A stretch of DNA of 64,000 nucleotides from Phaeosaccion multiseriatum (Eukaryota > Protista > Ochrophyta, other classes): NCBI GenBank assembly GCA_965112735.1, contig OZ218960.1:248001-312000 (forward strand), given 5' to 3'. The position numbers and the translations under genes are program-made. Shown here one piece after another: positions 1 through 11,990 of the stretch (the stretch's first letter is position 1; every line of letters starts with the position of its first letter). Under the pieces are notes generated by a model, which ran no database searches, was not told where the DNA came from, and worked only from the letters and a program-made list of their open reading frames with translations.

Positions 1-230
1 TGGGAAGGGAGGTAGGGCTGCATGGGCCTTAGGAGGAGAAAGAGGCGGCCTGGCGCATGGTACGCCTTCGTAGGAGACGTGGGGTGGAGGGCTTCTCTTT
101 AGTGGGCGTGCTTGTGCCTGAACCCTGGCTACTAACCAACCAACGAATCGATCAGCCAACCAAACCCCAAACCAACCAACCCAACCAACGAACCAACCAC
201 CCACCCACATACACACCCAACTACCTCCAG

Positions 231-353
231 TACGTGGACGTGAACAACAAGTTCAGCGTGCGCTACTTCCTCAATCTCGTGCTCGTGGATGAGGAGGACC
301 GCAGGTACTTCAAGCAGCAGGAAATCATCCTCTGGAGAAAGTTCTTCGGCTGA
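231..353 (+). CDS. VPS26: Retromer subunit VPS26, terminal exon (gene begins upstream of window)
   Basis: After the acceptor CAG (228-230) the frame reads YVDVNNKFSVRYFLNLVLVDEEDRRYFKQQEIILWRKFFG*, the highly conserved VPS26 C-terminus. Confidence 0.95.
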   Translation, partial: YVDVNNKFSVRYFLNLVLVDEEDRRYFKQQEIILWRKFFG

Positions 354-728
354 GGAACTCATCTTCTGAAGAACGTTCGTCCACTGACTGCTGACGACTT
401 GCTTCAGTAGAACAATAGTGCAATTGATTGGGGACGTGCCGTTATTATTGGATCTATCTGTCTGCCTGCCTGCGTGCGCTTTCGGTTATTTTCTTTCCAC
501 CCGGCGCGGTGGAGCGTTGAGGAGCGTTGAGGAGCCCCCCCCCCCCTCCGGGGTGATGGGATGGTGATACATTGAGTTGTCGTGATGGTGATACATTGTT
601 GTTGTCGGCGGTTATCACCCCACCCTTGCCTCGCCTTTGTCTCCTGTTGCTTCGCGGAGGGAGGAGCATTGCGCACGGCAATTGAAGACAGAGAAAGATT
701 CAAGCAGCGGCGGCAGCAGCAGAAGAGA

Positions 729-765
<37 letters not shown>

Positions 766-1476
766 ATACACATCCAGTTGTACCAGCAGCAGTACAGTAG
801 TAGCAGCAGCAGGGACACAAGAGGGACAGTGACCGAGCCCCCCCGGGGTGGCGCGTCCCATGAAGTCAATGGGGAAGCAGAGCACTTTGCTCACCCAAGC
901 CGCCTGGCGCTGTGTGAGCATTTGGACGCCTCTTTCGGTCTGTGCCCTCGCTCCATCATAAGGGGCTGTCGGTCGTCAGGAGCACCACCGTTGAGGGCAG
1001 TCAGTTGGGCAGTATGTGACAAGAGCGGCTCAGCGAAGGGGTGACGCGCCTGCCGCCCCATGCCAGCCGTGCAGATCAAAAGAATAAGTATGAGTATGTA
1101 ATTACGGACGAGGACGCAGTTTCCGCGGGCCTTGCTCCCCTTCTCCGCCTCCTCCCGCAGCAGCCAGGAGAGACCGTATGCGTCGCACCATGTAGGGTCC
1201 TGCGTAGCTCAGCAGGGAGGAAGGGAGGGAGTGGGGGGGGCCTCTGACTGCGTCCTGCAGGGATGCAGGCTGCCACGCGCCGGTCGCCTCCTTCTCTTAG
1301 TGGCTCACCCAAGCATCAGAGCATCCAATTCCTCCTTCCCTCCCTCCCTACCCAGGACACACCCGGGAAAGAGTAAAGCGATGCCTTAGGACCCCCCTCC
1401 CCTCAGGCCCACGCCGTGGCTGTGACACAGGGCATGCGCTCCAACACGTGTACTTCAAGTACCACCGACCGGGCCA

Positions 1477-1576
1477 ACTGACCGACTGACCGACTGACCG
1501 ACTGACCGGCTGACCGGCTGACCGATTGACCGATTGACCGACTGACCGACTGACCGACTGACTGACTGATCGACTG
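1477..1576. repeat. Degenerate (GACCGACT)n simple repeat
   Basis: Tandem actgaccg units visible directly. Confidence 0.9.
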
Positions 1577-2223
1577 AGTGAGTGTCGGGTCTCTCCGAGT
1601 CACCCGCACAGCCTGCCTCGCTGCTTGCCGCTAAAGGAATATTGACCCTATCCGCCACTTCTTCCCCTCCACTCTTCTCTCATGCGTCATTTCTTCCGTG
1701 AGGTGTGGGGGGGGGTTGTACATGCTCCTCGAACAAAGCTCAAACTCAAACTGATGGCAAGAACCGTCCGCGTGCCTCTCGGACTAGCAAGCTCTCAGCT
1801 CGCAAGCCCCACACTCCACCACAGCGAAGCCCATCAACGGTCTCGAAACCAGAGGGAAAAGACCGAAGACAAGACTACCCTCTCCACCTTCAATCTCCTC
1901 TCGTCGTCTTGGTGTCTATGCCCACTGGAGGGTGGGGTTAAGAGTGATGAAAGAGCAGTCCCCGGGAACAAGGTGGTGGGGGGGGCAGTCAGAGAGGCCG
2001 GACTCACCGACCCCCGCTTACTGGGATAGCCTTCGGTTCTCTCTGCTCAGCGCCTGCATCTCCTGCGCTCTGGCCCGCCTTCTGTCCACCTTCCGTCGGC
2101 CGCCTCGCTCGGTCCTCAGTCCCCACGGCCTCCCGATGCAGACTCAAGAAAAGATCGCCGCAGGCCTTGCAAGTCCACACCCACTCTAGTGGGGACAGGG
2201 TGGGTATGGCGTGGCGTGGGGGA

Positions 2224-2907
2224 TCAAATGCGCACTTCCAAGTACTCGAGCACCGTTCCGTTGCAGAACATGTGCACAAGGAAGACGATGAGATCGGCAG
2301 AGGCCGGCACCGCACTGAACAGGCAAAAGCTCCAGATGTACGCTTGCACCGTCCACCCGTCCAGAATCATGATGAGAACGACCCACGTGCCGATGATGTG
2401 CAGAATGCTGGACCAGAGGCTCACACCGGCGAAGAAGAGCGTGCCGCTGAACATGTGTCCGAGCTCGAAGACCGCAAGGAAGATGGACACGGCAATCAGG
2501 GCTTGCAGCCTGAGAACGAGGAGGAGCGACAAGCGTAAGTGGCGGGGCCACATCATCAACACGACGATACGGATGTGTGCGTGTATGTGTGTACGTGGGG
2601 TAGGCCTGGTTGGGCCGAGACATAGGGGTGATGGGAACACTGAGAAGGGATGCTCCTTACCAAGTATTTGCGTTTTGATACTGCACCTCCTGCTCCGCTT
2701 GCGTGTCATCAGGATCCAGCATTACCTGAAGAGCAACACCGGGTGGGATTAGAAGCTGAAGGAGAGGCATTGGTCGCTTCCCCTCGCGTTCCTCACCTTG
2801 ATGAGGGGGATCTTGGTGTGGATGAGGTTGAGGGATGCAATGCAGTGGCACAGGATGGACAGGAATCGTAGCCCCGCCAGCCCGACCAGCAGCCTACTTT
2901 TCGGCAT
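2224..2907 (-). CDS. TMEM107: Transmembrane protein 107-like (ciliary transition-zone protein)
   Basis: Exons 2907-2797, 2725-2661 and 2509-2224 are joined by GT-AG introns (462 nt, in frame). The protein MPKSRLLVGLAGLRFLSILCHCIASLNL...FELGHMFSG...SSILHIIG...DGWTVQAYIWSFCLFSAVPASADL has four hydrophobic segments and the TMEM107 pattern (RFL-x3-H, EL-x2-F-SG, H, W-x4-Y, FSAxPA). Confidence 0.75.
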
Positions 2908-3623
2908 GATCCTGGGTAGCAAGACCAGAAGGGGCTCTGTAAAAGAGGGGGGGATGGAAAAGCGAAAAGAAGAAAAGTTAACGGCAAGATCTTCACGCGC
3001 TTGGGCTCCCAACTTTCACTTCAATTTCGATGCTTTCGATTTTATCTTCCGATCGTAGCCCCCGGGGCCCTGCTTGGCTGCTCAGACACGGGATCGGATC
3101 GGAGCCAATAAACGCCAGCAAAGTCCGAGAGAGCTAAGGTGAGAGGCGTGGGATGCAGTGGGAGGGGAAGAAGAGGAGGGGCTTGCTGGAGGCCGCGGGG
3201 TAGGCTTGGCTTTGGTGCGGAAGAGGATGTGCGGAGGCAGGGAAAGGGAAAGGGGCGGTGAGAATGACCGGCCAAGAGCAGCGAGAAGGCGGAGGGAAAG
3301 GGGCTGCGGCTGAAGTGGGGAGGGGGGAGGGGGGTTAAACGAAGACATTCATGAGGAAGAGGAGAGGAGGGCCTGTTCTCCAGGCCTCTGCTTTGCCACG
3401 TGAAGAGAGGATCCGTATCTTGTTGCAGTAGGGAACAAGCTGGGCCTTTAACCGCACTGGATAGTAGACTCGTGAGAAGCAGAGGGAAGGCGTCTACTGC
3501 TTCTTCTCGTACTCATCACCCCTTACTCCTCACCCGTCCGCCCTTTTGCCCAATCTAATGTCATGCAGCCAAGTACATTAACTTGATCGAGAGCAGCACA
3601 CTCCACCACTTTCATCCATCACC

Positions 3624-6600
3624 ATGGCTACCGAGGAGATTAAGGACGTTGACGAGCAGGAGCTGCTGGACTATGAGGAGGACGAGGAGGTGAACGGGGA
3701 GGGTGCCAAGGCCACTGGGGATGACGTCAAGGACAGCAAGAAGGGACACTACGTTGGCATCCACTCCTCAGGTAAATTGTGGAGGGGCAAATTCCCTGAG
3801 AGTCCGAGTTGCCCAGTAGTGGGAGGTGGCACGCACACTCGTCTTTGTATCTTACGCTCAATCCTCCCCCCCCCCCCCTCAAAGGTTTCCGAGACTTCAT
3901 TCTCAAGCCCGAGCTGCTCCGCTCCGTGGTGGACTGCGGGTTTGAACACCCCTCGGAGGTGCAGCACGAGTGCATCCCGCAGGCCGTGCTGGGCATGGAT
4001 GTCATCTGCCAGGCCAAGTCCGGTATGGGGAAGACCGCCGTCTTTGTGCTGGCTACGCTGCACCAGCTCACCCCCGAGGCAGGCACTGTGTCCTGCCTGG
4101 TCATGTGCCACACTCGAGAGTTGGCGTGGCAAATCGCAAGGGAGTACGACCGATTCTCCAAGTACCTGCCCGACGTCAAGGTGAGGGGGAGAGAGAGAGG
4201 GAGGAAGGAAGGAAGAGCGCGCGAGAGAGAGAGACGATACCAACATGAGTGACTACAGCGTCCACAAGGAGGCCAGCCCCTTGGTTTGCTCTACTGAGCT
4301 GCTCCTTCTCTTTCTAAGGCCACTCCTTCTGCTTCATAGAACCCCCCCTTCCCCACACCCCTGCTTCCCAATGCAGGCGGCGGCCCTCCCTCGCACTCGC
4401 TGACCCCTAACGCGTCTCTCCCTCTCCCTCTCTCTCCGTCCGTCCTTCCCTGCTGCCCCCCCGCCCCCCCCCCCTTCCTCCCCCTCTCTGAACGAACAAC
4501 TAAAGGTGGGCGTCATCTACGGAGGCATCCCCATCAAGAAGAACCGCGACATGCTCAAGAACGACTGCCCGCACATCATCGTGGCCACCCCCGGGCGTGC
4601 CAAGGCGCTTGTCAACGAGGGCGCTCTCAAGCTGGACAAGGTTCAGTTCTTCGTGCTGGATGAGTGCGACAAGATGCTCGATGAAATCGGTAAGTGGAGG
4701 ATGGGGGAGAGAGGGGGGTGAATGGGAGGGAGTGAGGGGAGAGAGACTTACTCATTGGGCGAAGGTGCCGGGCCCCGGCGGACTTGTTGGTGCGGCCTCT
4801 CTTATCCCACCCCTAATGGCGCCACTCTCCGACCCCTCCACCCTCCCTCAATCTTGTTCGCTTTCCCTTCCGACGTACGTCTGGCGTGGCTGCGAAATCG
4901 AACCATGGTTGGTTGGTTGATTGCTTGGTTGGTTGGTTGATACACACCATTCATCCTTCTCCCTCCGGAATTTCTTTGGGCCGGGCTGATTTACGCAGAC
5001 ATGCGAAAGGACGTGCAAGATATCTTCCGCCACACCCCCCACAGCAAGCAGGTCATGATGTTCAGCGCCACCCTCTCCAAGGAGATCCGCCCCATCTGCA
5101 GAAAGTTTTGCCAAGATGTACGTGTACCTTCCGCGGTTGGCGAGAAGAGAGGAGAAGAGTTGTTCTGGTCACGGAGAGGAGAGAGAGAAGAAATGAGGCG
5201 GAGGCGGAGAGGGCGGCGGGAAACGGGCTGGGGCGGAAGAGTGAGAGGCTGACCCCGAGGCCCGAGGAGGGGTACTGCTGCCCGAGCTTTTTTTAACTAA
5301 CCGCCTTTGCAGGGCAGGACCAGCTCTGTGGCTGTGACTGGCCCTCTGGCTGCCTGACACTGACTGCTGCTCCAAGGAGGGTGGGAGGGAGACCCCAACA
5401 GCGCAGCGCGAACAGCGAACAGCGATGACCGCGGCAGTGAGACACACCAGCACCAGTAGCAGTTGGTGATACGGCATGCGCTGGACAAGACTGAGAATGA
5501 GGGTGGTTTTGATTGGTGTTGATGTGTCTTCTTCGGAAGCATGGCTGCGGTTGGCCCTCCCTCCTGCCTGCCGGTGTCGTTTCTTCTTCCTGCGGTAGTG
5601 TGTCTTTTTGGTCTTTTATTCCGCCGTTGGCGGTTGAGGAGAGGAGAGGCAAGGGAGAAAGGCCCACCTATCGGGACCCCCCGCACGTCACATGCGCCCC
5701 GGCTTGTGTGTGCGCGTGGCACGGGTGCGTGCGTGCGTGCAGGGGCTTCGCGGAGGGCTTTCGTTTCACTCCTTGGGAAGTACTTGTTTCTTCTTGTTTG
5801 GCGGGTCTGATTCAGCACAGCGTGTTGAGCAGCAGCAGCGGCTGTGGCTGTGAGTGTATTTGTTCTTTGGGGGAGAGGGTAGTCCAGCACCGGCAGCCAG
5901 CAGAGGCAGAGTGGAGTGTGATTGTCTGGCGATGCATTGGGAGGGAGGGGGAGGAGGAGAAGGAGGACCGACATGGAGCATTAGAGCGCCAAGGGGAGGA
6001 TAGCTCGACCGCGCCGTGTTGGTCCTACATTACACACGCACAAATCGACTCCGTGGATGGACGGACGGGACGGAGGGACGCACCCACCCTGGACTCGTTC
6101 CTGCCGCCCCTGTCTCCCTCGAGCTCCCTCGGGTGGCCTGAGGAGGGAGAGAGGGCGAGGCGCCCATCCTTCTTCAAGTCAAGCCCTCCAGCTGGGAGCT
6201 GACCTGCATCTTCTGACAAACCGATTACCGCGCCCTGGCCTCTTTCCCTCCTCTCCCTCCCTTTCTTCTCCCTACCTCCAACTACTCCACCTTACGCTAT
6301 ATTTCCTATATTTCCCCATTTCCCATCCTCTCATCCCTCCGTGCGGCTTCGCCCTTCTTTGGACATCATCGTGTTTTGGGTCGTCACGGGAAATCTTCGA
6401 CTCTTTTCACACCCACACACACACACACACATGTACACCTTTACACCCCAACCGAACAAACCAAACCAAACAGCCCATGGAGATCTACGTGGACAACGAG
6501 ACCAAGCTGACCCTGCACGGGCTGCAGCAGTACTACATCAAGCTCGCCGAGACGGAGAAGAACAGGAAGCTCAACGACCTTCTCGACGCCCTCGAGTTCA

Positions 6601-7592
6601 ACCAGGTGGTGATCTTCGTCAACAAGATGAACCGAGCCACGGAGCTGGACCGGCTGCTGTGCATGTGCAACTTCCCCTCCATCTGCATCCACGGGAAGGT
6701 GCCTCAGGAGGAGCGCATCAAGAGGCTGCAATCCTTCAAGGACTTCAGCAAGCGCATCCTCGTATCTACGGATCTCTTTGGCCGAGGAATCGATATCGAG
6801 AAGGTACGCACACGCACGCACATGCTCGCGCATGAAGAGGGCGGAAGAGAGAGAGAGAGATTAGTTGTCTTTGGGGTAGGGAGGAGATGTTGGGTTGGGG
6901 GTTGAAAGTACATGCTCTTCCTGTTCTCCCTTTCCCTTTCCCAGCTGTCTTTTTATATTCCATGAGTTCCCCCCTTATTCTCCCATCTCTCTTACGCTTG
7001 CACCTCTCTCTCTCTTCTTTCCCGCCCCTCCTGTCATGTGTGCAGGTGAACATTGTAATCAACTACGACTTCCCCGTGGACACTGACCAATACTTGCACC
7101 GAGTGGGCCGAGCGGGCCGCTTCGGTACCAAGGGCATGTCCATCAGCTTCGTCAGCACCAAGGAGGACGCGGAGGTGAGGCAGCGGAAGGACAGGTGGAG
7201 GGAGGGAGGGAGGGAGGGAGGGAGGGAGTGACACAGAGCGAGGGCGAGAGGCGGCTGGTGAGGTGCCAAGTTTGGTTGTGACAATTCTCAATTCCTTCCC
7301 AGTGGCCGTGTTTGTGTGTCTGAAGGGTGTGGTACTCCAAAGAGTGTACTCCCAAGAGTAAGTCCCACTCTTGCACATTGAAGTGTCCCTTCCCTTCCCC
7401 CCCGTGTCTTCGCCTCAATGCCCTCAACTGACTCCATCGCACTCGCTGCTCTCCTTGTGCTGCGCATGGACTGATTGCTACTGATTGCTGGACTGCCGAG
7501 TGCAGGAGCTGGCGAAGGTGCAATCTCGCTTCGAGGTCAACATCCCCGAGCTTCCGGACCAGATTGACGTGGCCACATACATGACTGCTTAA
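3624..7592 (+). CDS. UAP56: DECD-box RNA helicase UAP56/SUB2/DDX39
   Basis: Exons 3624-3771, 3885-4180, 4506-4689, 4999-5117, 6474-6803, 7046-7174 and 7506-7592, all GT-AG. Motifs: [74 protein letters not shown]. Confidence 0.98.
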
Positions 7593-8575
7593 GAGGGGGC
7601 CAGAGCGGGTCTGCCAGAGAGAGAGAGAGAAAGCGAGAGAGAGAAGGGCGAAGGGAGGGATAGCAGCAGCCCCCATGCCAAGAACAGCGCAAATGTCGAA
7701 CAACGACGAGAGGGCAGTGCGAGTCTTGACACTACGCGCCTTCGACGGAGGACTGCTGGGCAGTGCTGGGAAGTGCTGGGCAGATGTGTAGCCTAGTCGT
7801 ACGAGAGGGGCGCTTTCAATGCATCGCATCGCAACACGCTGTACGCTGTAGTTTCGGCGGTAGGACGCGAAGGAGTAGTAGTGTAGTAGCAGGAGGGAGG
7901 GAGGGAGGGAGGAGGGGGAGGAGACATGAAACAATCAAGGAAAATAAATATATACGTAACCCGCTTGTGCTGGAAACTGTCCTCCACATGAGCCTTTACT
8001 CAGCAACACCCTTACCTTTCTTCCTCCCAGGAGGGGACTACTATGAGTATGACTGATGGGAGGAGAAGGTAGCGTGTTGGAGGGGGTTTCAACAACCCAG
8101 CCCTCCCTAGAACCGTTGCATGTATGTTTTTTTTTGTGAGTGCTTTGGGGAGGCCGAGGGAGAGGGGGGGGGTGGGAGCGGGCAGGGGCGTGGAGGAGCA
8201 TGGAGGACGGAGGGAGGGCGACGGAGTGACGGAAGAAGGAGCAAGAGCGAGTGCGCAGCAGGAGGGGGTGTGAACCACACACACACACACACGCACGCAC
8301 ACACACACACACACACACCGTGATTGGTGCACGCACCCACCCAGCCGTAGACGGATAAGGCCCCGTGATGCGTTCGGTATATCGGGCCCAGGATGGGGGG
8401 ACGATACATATCGTGGTCTGATCACCGCCCTTGTCACATTAATCATGAATGAATCGAAGCAGTCAGCAGCCGGTAGAGACCTCTGTCTCCTCTCTCCACG
8501 TGCAATGCGCATCTCACTCCTCTATGCAGAGCACTATTGCACTCTATGCCAATCTATGGCAATCTATGGCGGCGC

Positions 8576-9893
8576 CTAATCGAAGTCGCCTTCATGGAGG
8601 TGCTGTCCGACGGCGGGCACGAGCTCCCTCGCCCTCACCACCCGTAACCGTCCGTAACGGTCGTGCACCATGACCTGTGCCTCTCCAAAGCCATGCTCGC
8701 TCAGCAGAGTGCGCCCCGCCGCGGAGGGGGCGTGGCATGAGCCGAACTGATGATGGACATTCGGTGGTGGTGGGAGCGGGCAGGGGCGGTGTGAGCGAGT
8801 GAGGGAGTGAGTGAGGGAGTGAGTGGGTGGGTGAGTGAGAGAGTGAGTGAGTGAGTGAGAGAGAGAGAGTGAGTGAGAGTGAGAGAGAGAGAGAGAGAGT
8901 GAGTGAGTGAGTGAGTGAGTGAGTGAGTGAGTGAGTGAGTGAGTGAGTGAGTGAGGGAGGGAGCGAGTGCCCTTCCTTCCCCATCAGTCAGTGCTATGAC
9001 ACGACATGGCTGATATCATGCCATGTTGATATCGCAGTGCCGGCGACTGTACTACCAATGGATCAACATGTGTACTTGTTCCCCGCCACAAGCCTCCAAG
9101 CCCCACTGGTCTCAAATCAAAGCTCAAAGCATCAGGGCCTCAGCGCTCACCTGGTCCACAACAACGACGAGGGTGGGGAGGGCGGCTTCCTCTCGTTTCC
9201 GCTTCTGCATGTGCCCCGCCAAGGCCACAAGGGGGTCCACGGTGCCTCCGTACTCCGTCGCCTTCATCATATGCGCGCTCTGTTAGAAGGAAAGGTTTTA
9301 GTGAGAGAAGAGTGCAGTTGAGTTTCAGTTTCAGCACGTTGGACCATCACATGACCTCTTCGGGCGCAGGGTGAGAAGCGGGGTCGAGGTGGTTTCCATG
9401 CTGGGGGTGTCTACCACTCAGTCGTCGGTGAAGGGGGGGGGGGAGGGGGGCATCGCCCTTCTGACTTCCCCGAGCTCGTCCAACAGCGAGAGTGCATACA
9501 CACACACAGAGGGCGCAAAGTCAGTCAACAAGCTTCACCTCATCACACCAAGAGTGTGCAAAGGAAGTCAACACTTAAGCCTCACCTCAATCTTGCCGTC
9601 CTCGTACAGGGCAGCGGCTGCGTATCTGCCAGTGGGCGGCGGGCGGAGGGACGAAGGGGCATCGATCGGGGCGTTGCACAGTGTTGGGTAGTGCGGGGAG
9701 GTGCGGAGGGAGAGAAAGGAAGACCAGAGCGCCAAGAAGGCCGCGCAGGCAAGGGCAGGGAGACAGCCTGGCGAGAGCGAAAGGCTTCGGTGATACATTA
9801 CATGCCGCCTCCCTCGACATGCAATATCGATGCCGACGTAGCCCTCTCCCAGTGCGGTCACTCTCTTTCTCTCTCTCTCTCTCTTTCTCTCTG

Positions 9894-9955
<62 letters not shown>

Positions 9956-11346
9956 TCTCTCTCTTTCTCCCTCTCTCTCTGTGTGTGTATGTGTGCGTGT
10001 CTCCCTTAACCTGATGGGGTGAAGCGCATCTCGAACGTCCCCCTCCGTGGCCTTATGGGCCTCCTCCCACAGCTGCACCGCGCTGTCGCCAAGCATCAGC
10101 TGCCATCCACAACAAGGGAGGGGGGGTGTGTGTGAGTGAGTGAGGAAGAGAGTGAGTGAGCGACGGGCTGAGTGATTGTGCCCAACCTGAGCCGCAATAT
10201 CTCTGATGCACTCCGCTTTCTCGCTGAAGTGGAAGCCTTTCTGAACCACTTCCGCCCGAGGTGTGGAGCCTGTCGACATGTACATACACGTCAGTGAACA
10301 GGGGAAGGGAGGGAGGAAGGGAGGGCGGGTCGGACACAGCAGTCACTGCAGCGAGACTCTGCAACAGCCCCAGAGCAAACTAGAACGGAGGGGAAGGGGC
10401 GAAGTAAAAAAAAGCAAGCAGCTTGCGTGTCTGTGGCAGCTCTTGTTCCCTACCGTAGATGCTGGGAAACGGCCAAAGCTCCCCCACCGTGCAAGAGCCA
10501 TGCCCCCTTCCTCCAGAGAAATCACCGCTCGTTGCTTCCACTGCTGTCCCGCCCCCCGAGTCGTTGCTTCCCGCCATGACCACGAGGGTCTCCGGGTCGA
10601 GGTGCGAGGCGAGGAACTCTCGACAAAGCAGGCCCGGGCTGAGGGGAGCGTCGCTGTCTGTGACCACGGCCAGCTTGAGCACTTGCCCCGCATGTCCCGC
10701 CTGCTGGAGATTGCCCATGGCGACGCGCTCGGCGCAGATGCTCCCTCCTGGGGGTCAAGGGGTGGGGTGGACTGCGGTCTGCGGGGGCTTCTTCCATCGG
10801 GTGCCATCTATGCATCGAGGGTCCGTGGTGAGGACAAGGGAGAGATTGGGAGAAAGCTAGAGAGAGAGAGAGAGGGGGGGGGGGGGAGGGAGAGAGAGGG
10901 AGAGAGGATGATGGCGAGAGAGGGGACGGCCCCTACGAACCCCTACGCACCTAGGTGGCAGGGCTCTGTGTTGACTCCGGTCACGAAGCGGATGCTGCCG
11001 TCCTCTCTGCCGGGACATGCAGGCGGAGGAGAGCGGAAGCGGCGCAGACCACATCATCTATGGGGTGAACTACTTGCCGGTGGGTCGAGAGAGCGCTTTC
11101 GAGGCGTGTGTGCCATCTCATCATACCCGAGCCTCAAAGAGTTAAAAGAAGTCCCCTACGCAACCGGCCCTATCCCCTCACCAACACCAACCTGTGTCTG
11201 TAGGCAATGACAGCGGCCACCCGGAAGGAGGACAGGTGCGGCTTAGCCGTCTTCCGTCGGACCTCCTGCGCCCTGGCCACCATATCCTCGTCGGTTGGGG
11301 CTGAAGGGAGCGCCTCACATTGCGCAGTCTCTACTTCCCCTCCCAT
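8576..11346 (-). CDS. Cytidine deaminase-like protein (N-terminal deaminase domain plus degenerate C-terminal deaminase fold)
   Basis: Exons 11346-11192, 11006-10951, 10747-10454, 10269-10187, 10099-10011, 9625-9586, 9279-9151 and 8746-8576. Motifs: PHLSSFRVAA, GVNTE, GSICAER, SPGLLCREFL, VGELWP. The second half reads YAAAALYEDG...KATEYGGTVDP...HAPSAAGRTLLSE. Confidence 0.85.
8790..8955. repeat. (GAGT)n/(GA)n intronic microsatellite
   Basis: Visible directly, within the last intron of the deaminase gene. Confidence 0.95.
9861..9980. repeat. (CT)n intronic microsatellite
   Basis: Visible directly. Confidence 0.95.
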
Positions 11347-11990
11347 CGTTGCTACTGCTAGTGCCGCAGCTGCTGCGGCTGCGGCTGCGGCCGCTGTTGC
11401 TGATGCTTCTACTGCTCCTCCTGCTACTGCGCGAGACCTGAGGGGACGTCTTATTCGTACCACCGCTACAGAAGAAGAATGAGGTTTAAGAGAAGGGCAA
11501 AGGGGGAGCAGGGACAAGCATCTTCCACTGCATCTTCTCGTGCTCCTGGAGCAAAACAAACTTATCACCTTGCTTGCAGTACTGGCGAGCGAAGCGGAGG
11601 GATTCATTACTCTCGAGACGGACAAAGTGTGGGTTATAGAGGGGGTAACTATCCCGAGCACAACCTTGCTTCTGTGAACGGATCTCCAACATGTGTATCG
11701 CCAATTCTGATACAAATCCAAATTAATTGACACCCTCCGCCCGCACCTCCGCAACAAAGGTGACACCCTCCTCTACCCGGTTCCCCACAGAGATCTAGAA
11801 GACGGTAAAAGAAGCTTCAGCAGCAGCAGATAGGGACGAGATTGGAAAGTGGTGCCGCTACTGCACCGTCAGCCGCCACACAGAGGAGGTCCAAGGGGGC
11901 CCTTTGTCGTCTTGGGGGGGAGTGAGAGAGGGTGAGAAGGCGGGGGAAGATAAAGCGGGTACAGCTACCCGGGTGGTCGCGGGGGGCTGC

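Noticed and set aside
400-2200. Additional gene between VPS26 and TMEM107
   Set aside because: Some minus-strand donor-like sites exist (ctcacccaagc occurs twice), but no coherent spliced ORF or recognisable domain could be built. Most ORFs derive from CAG or GACC repeats.
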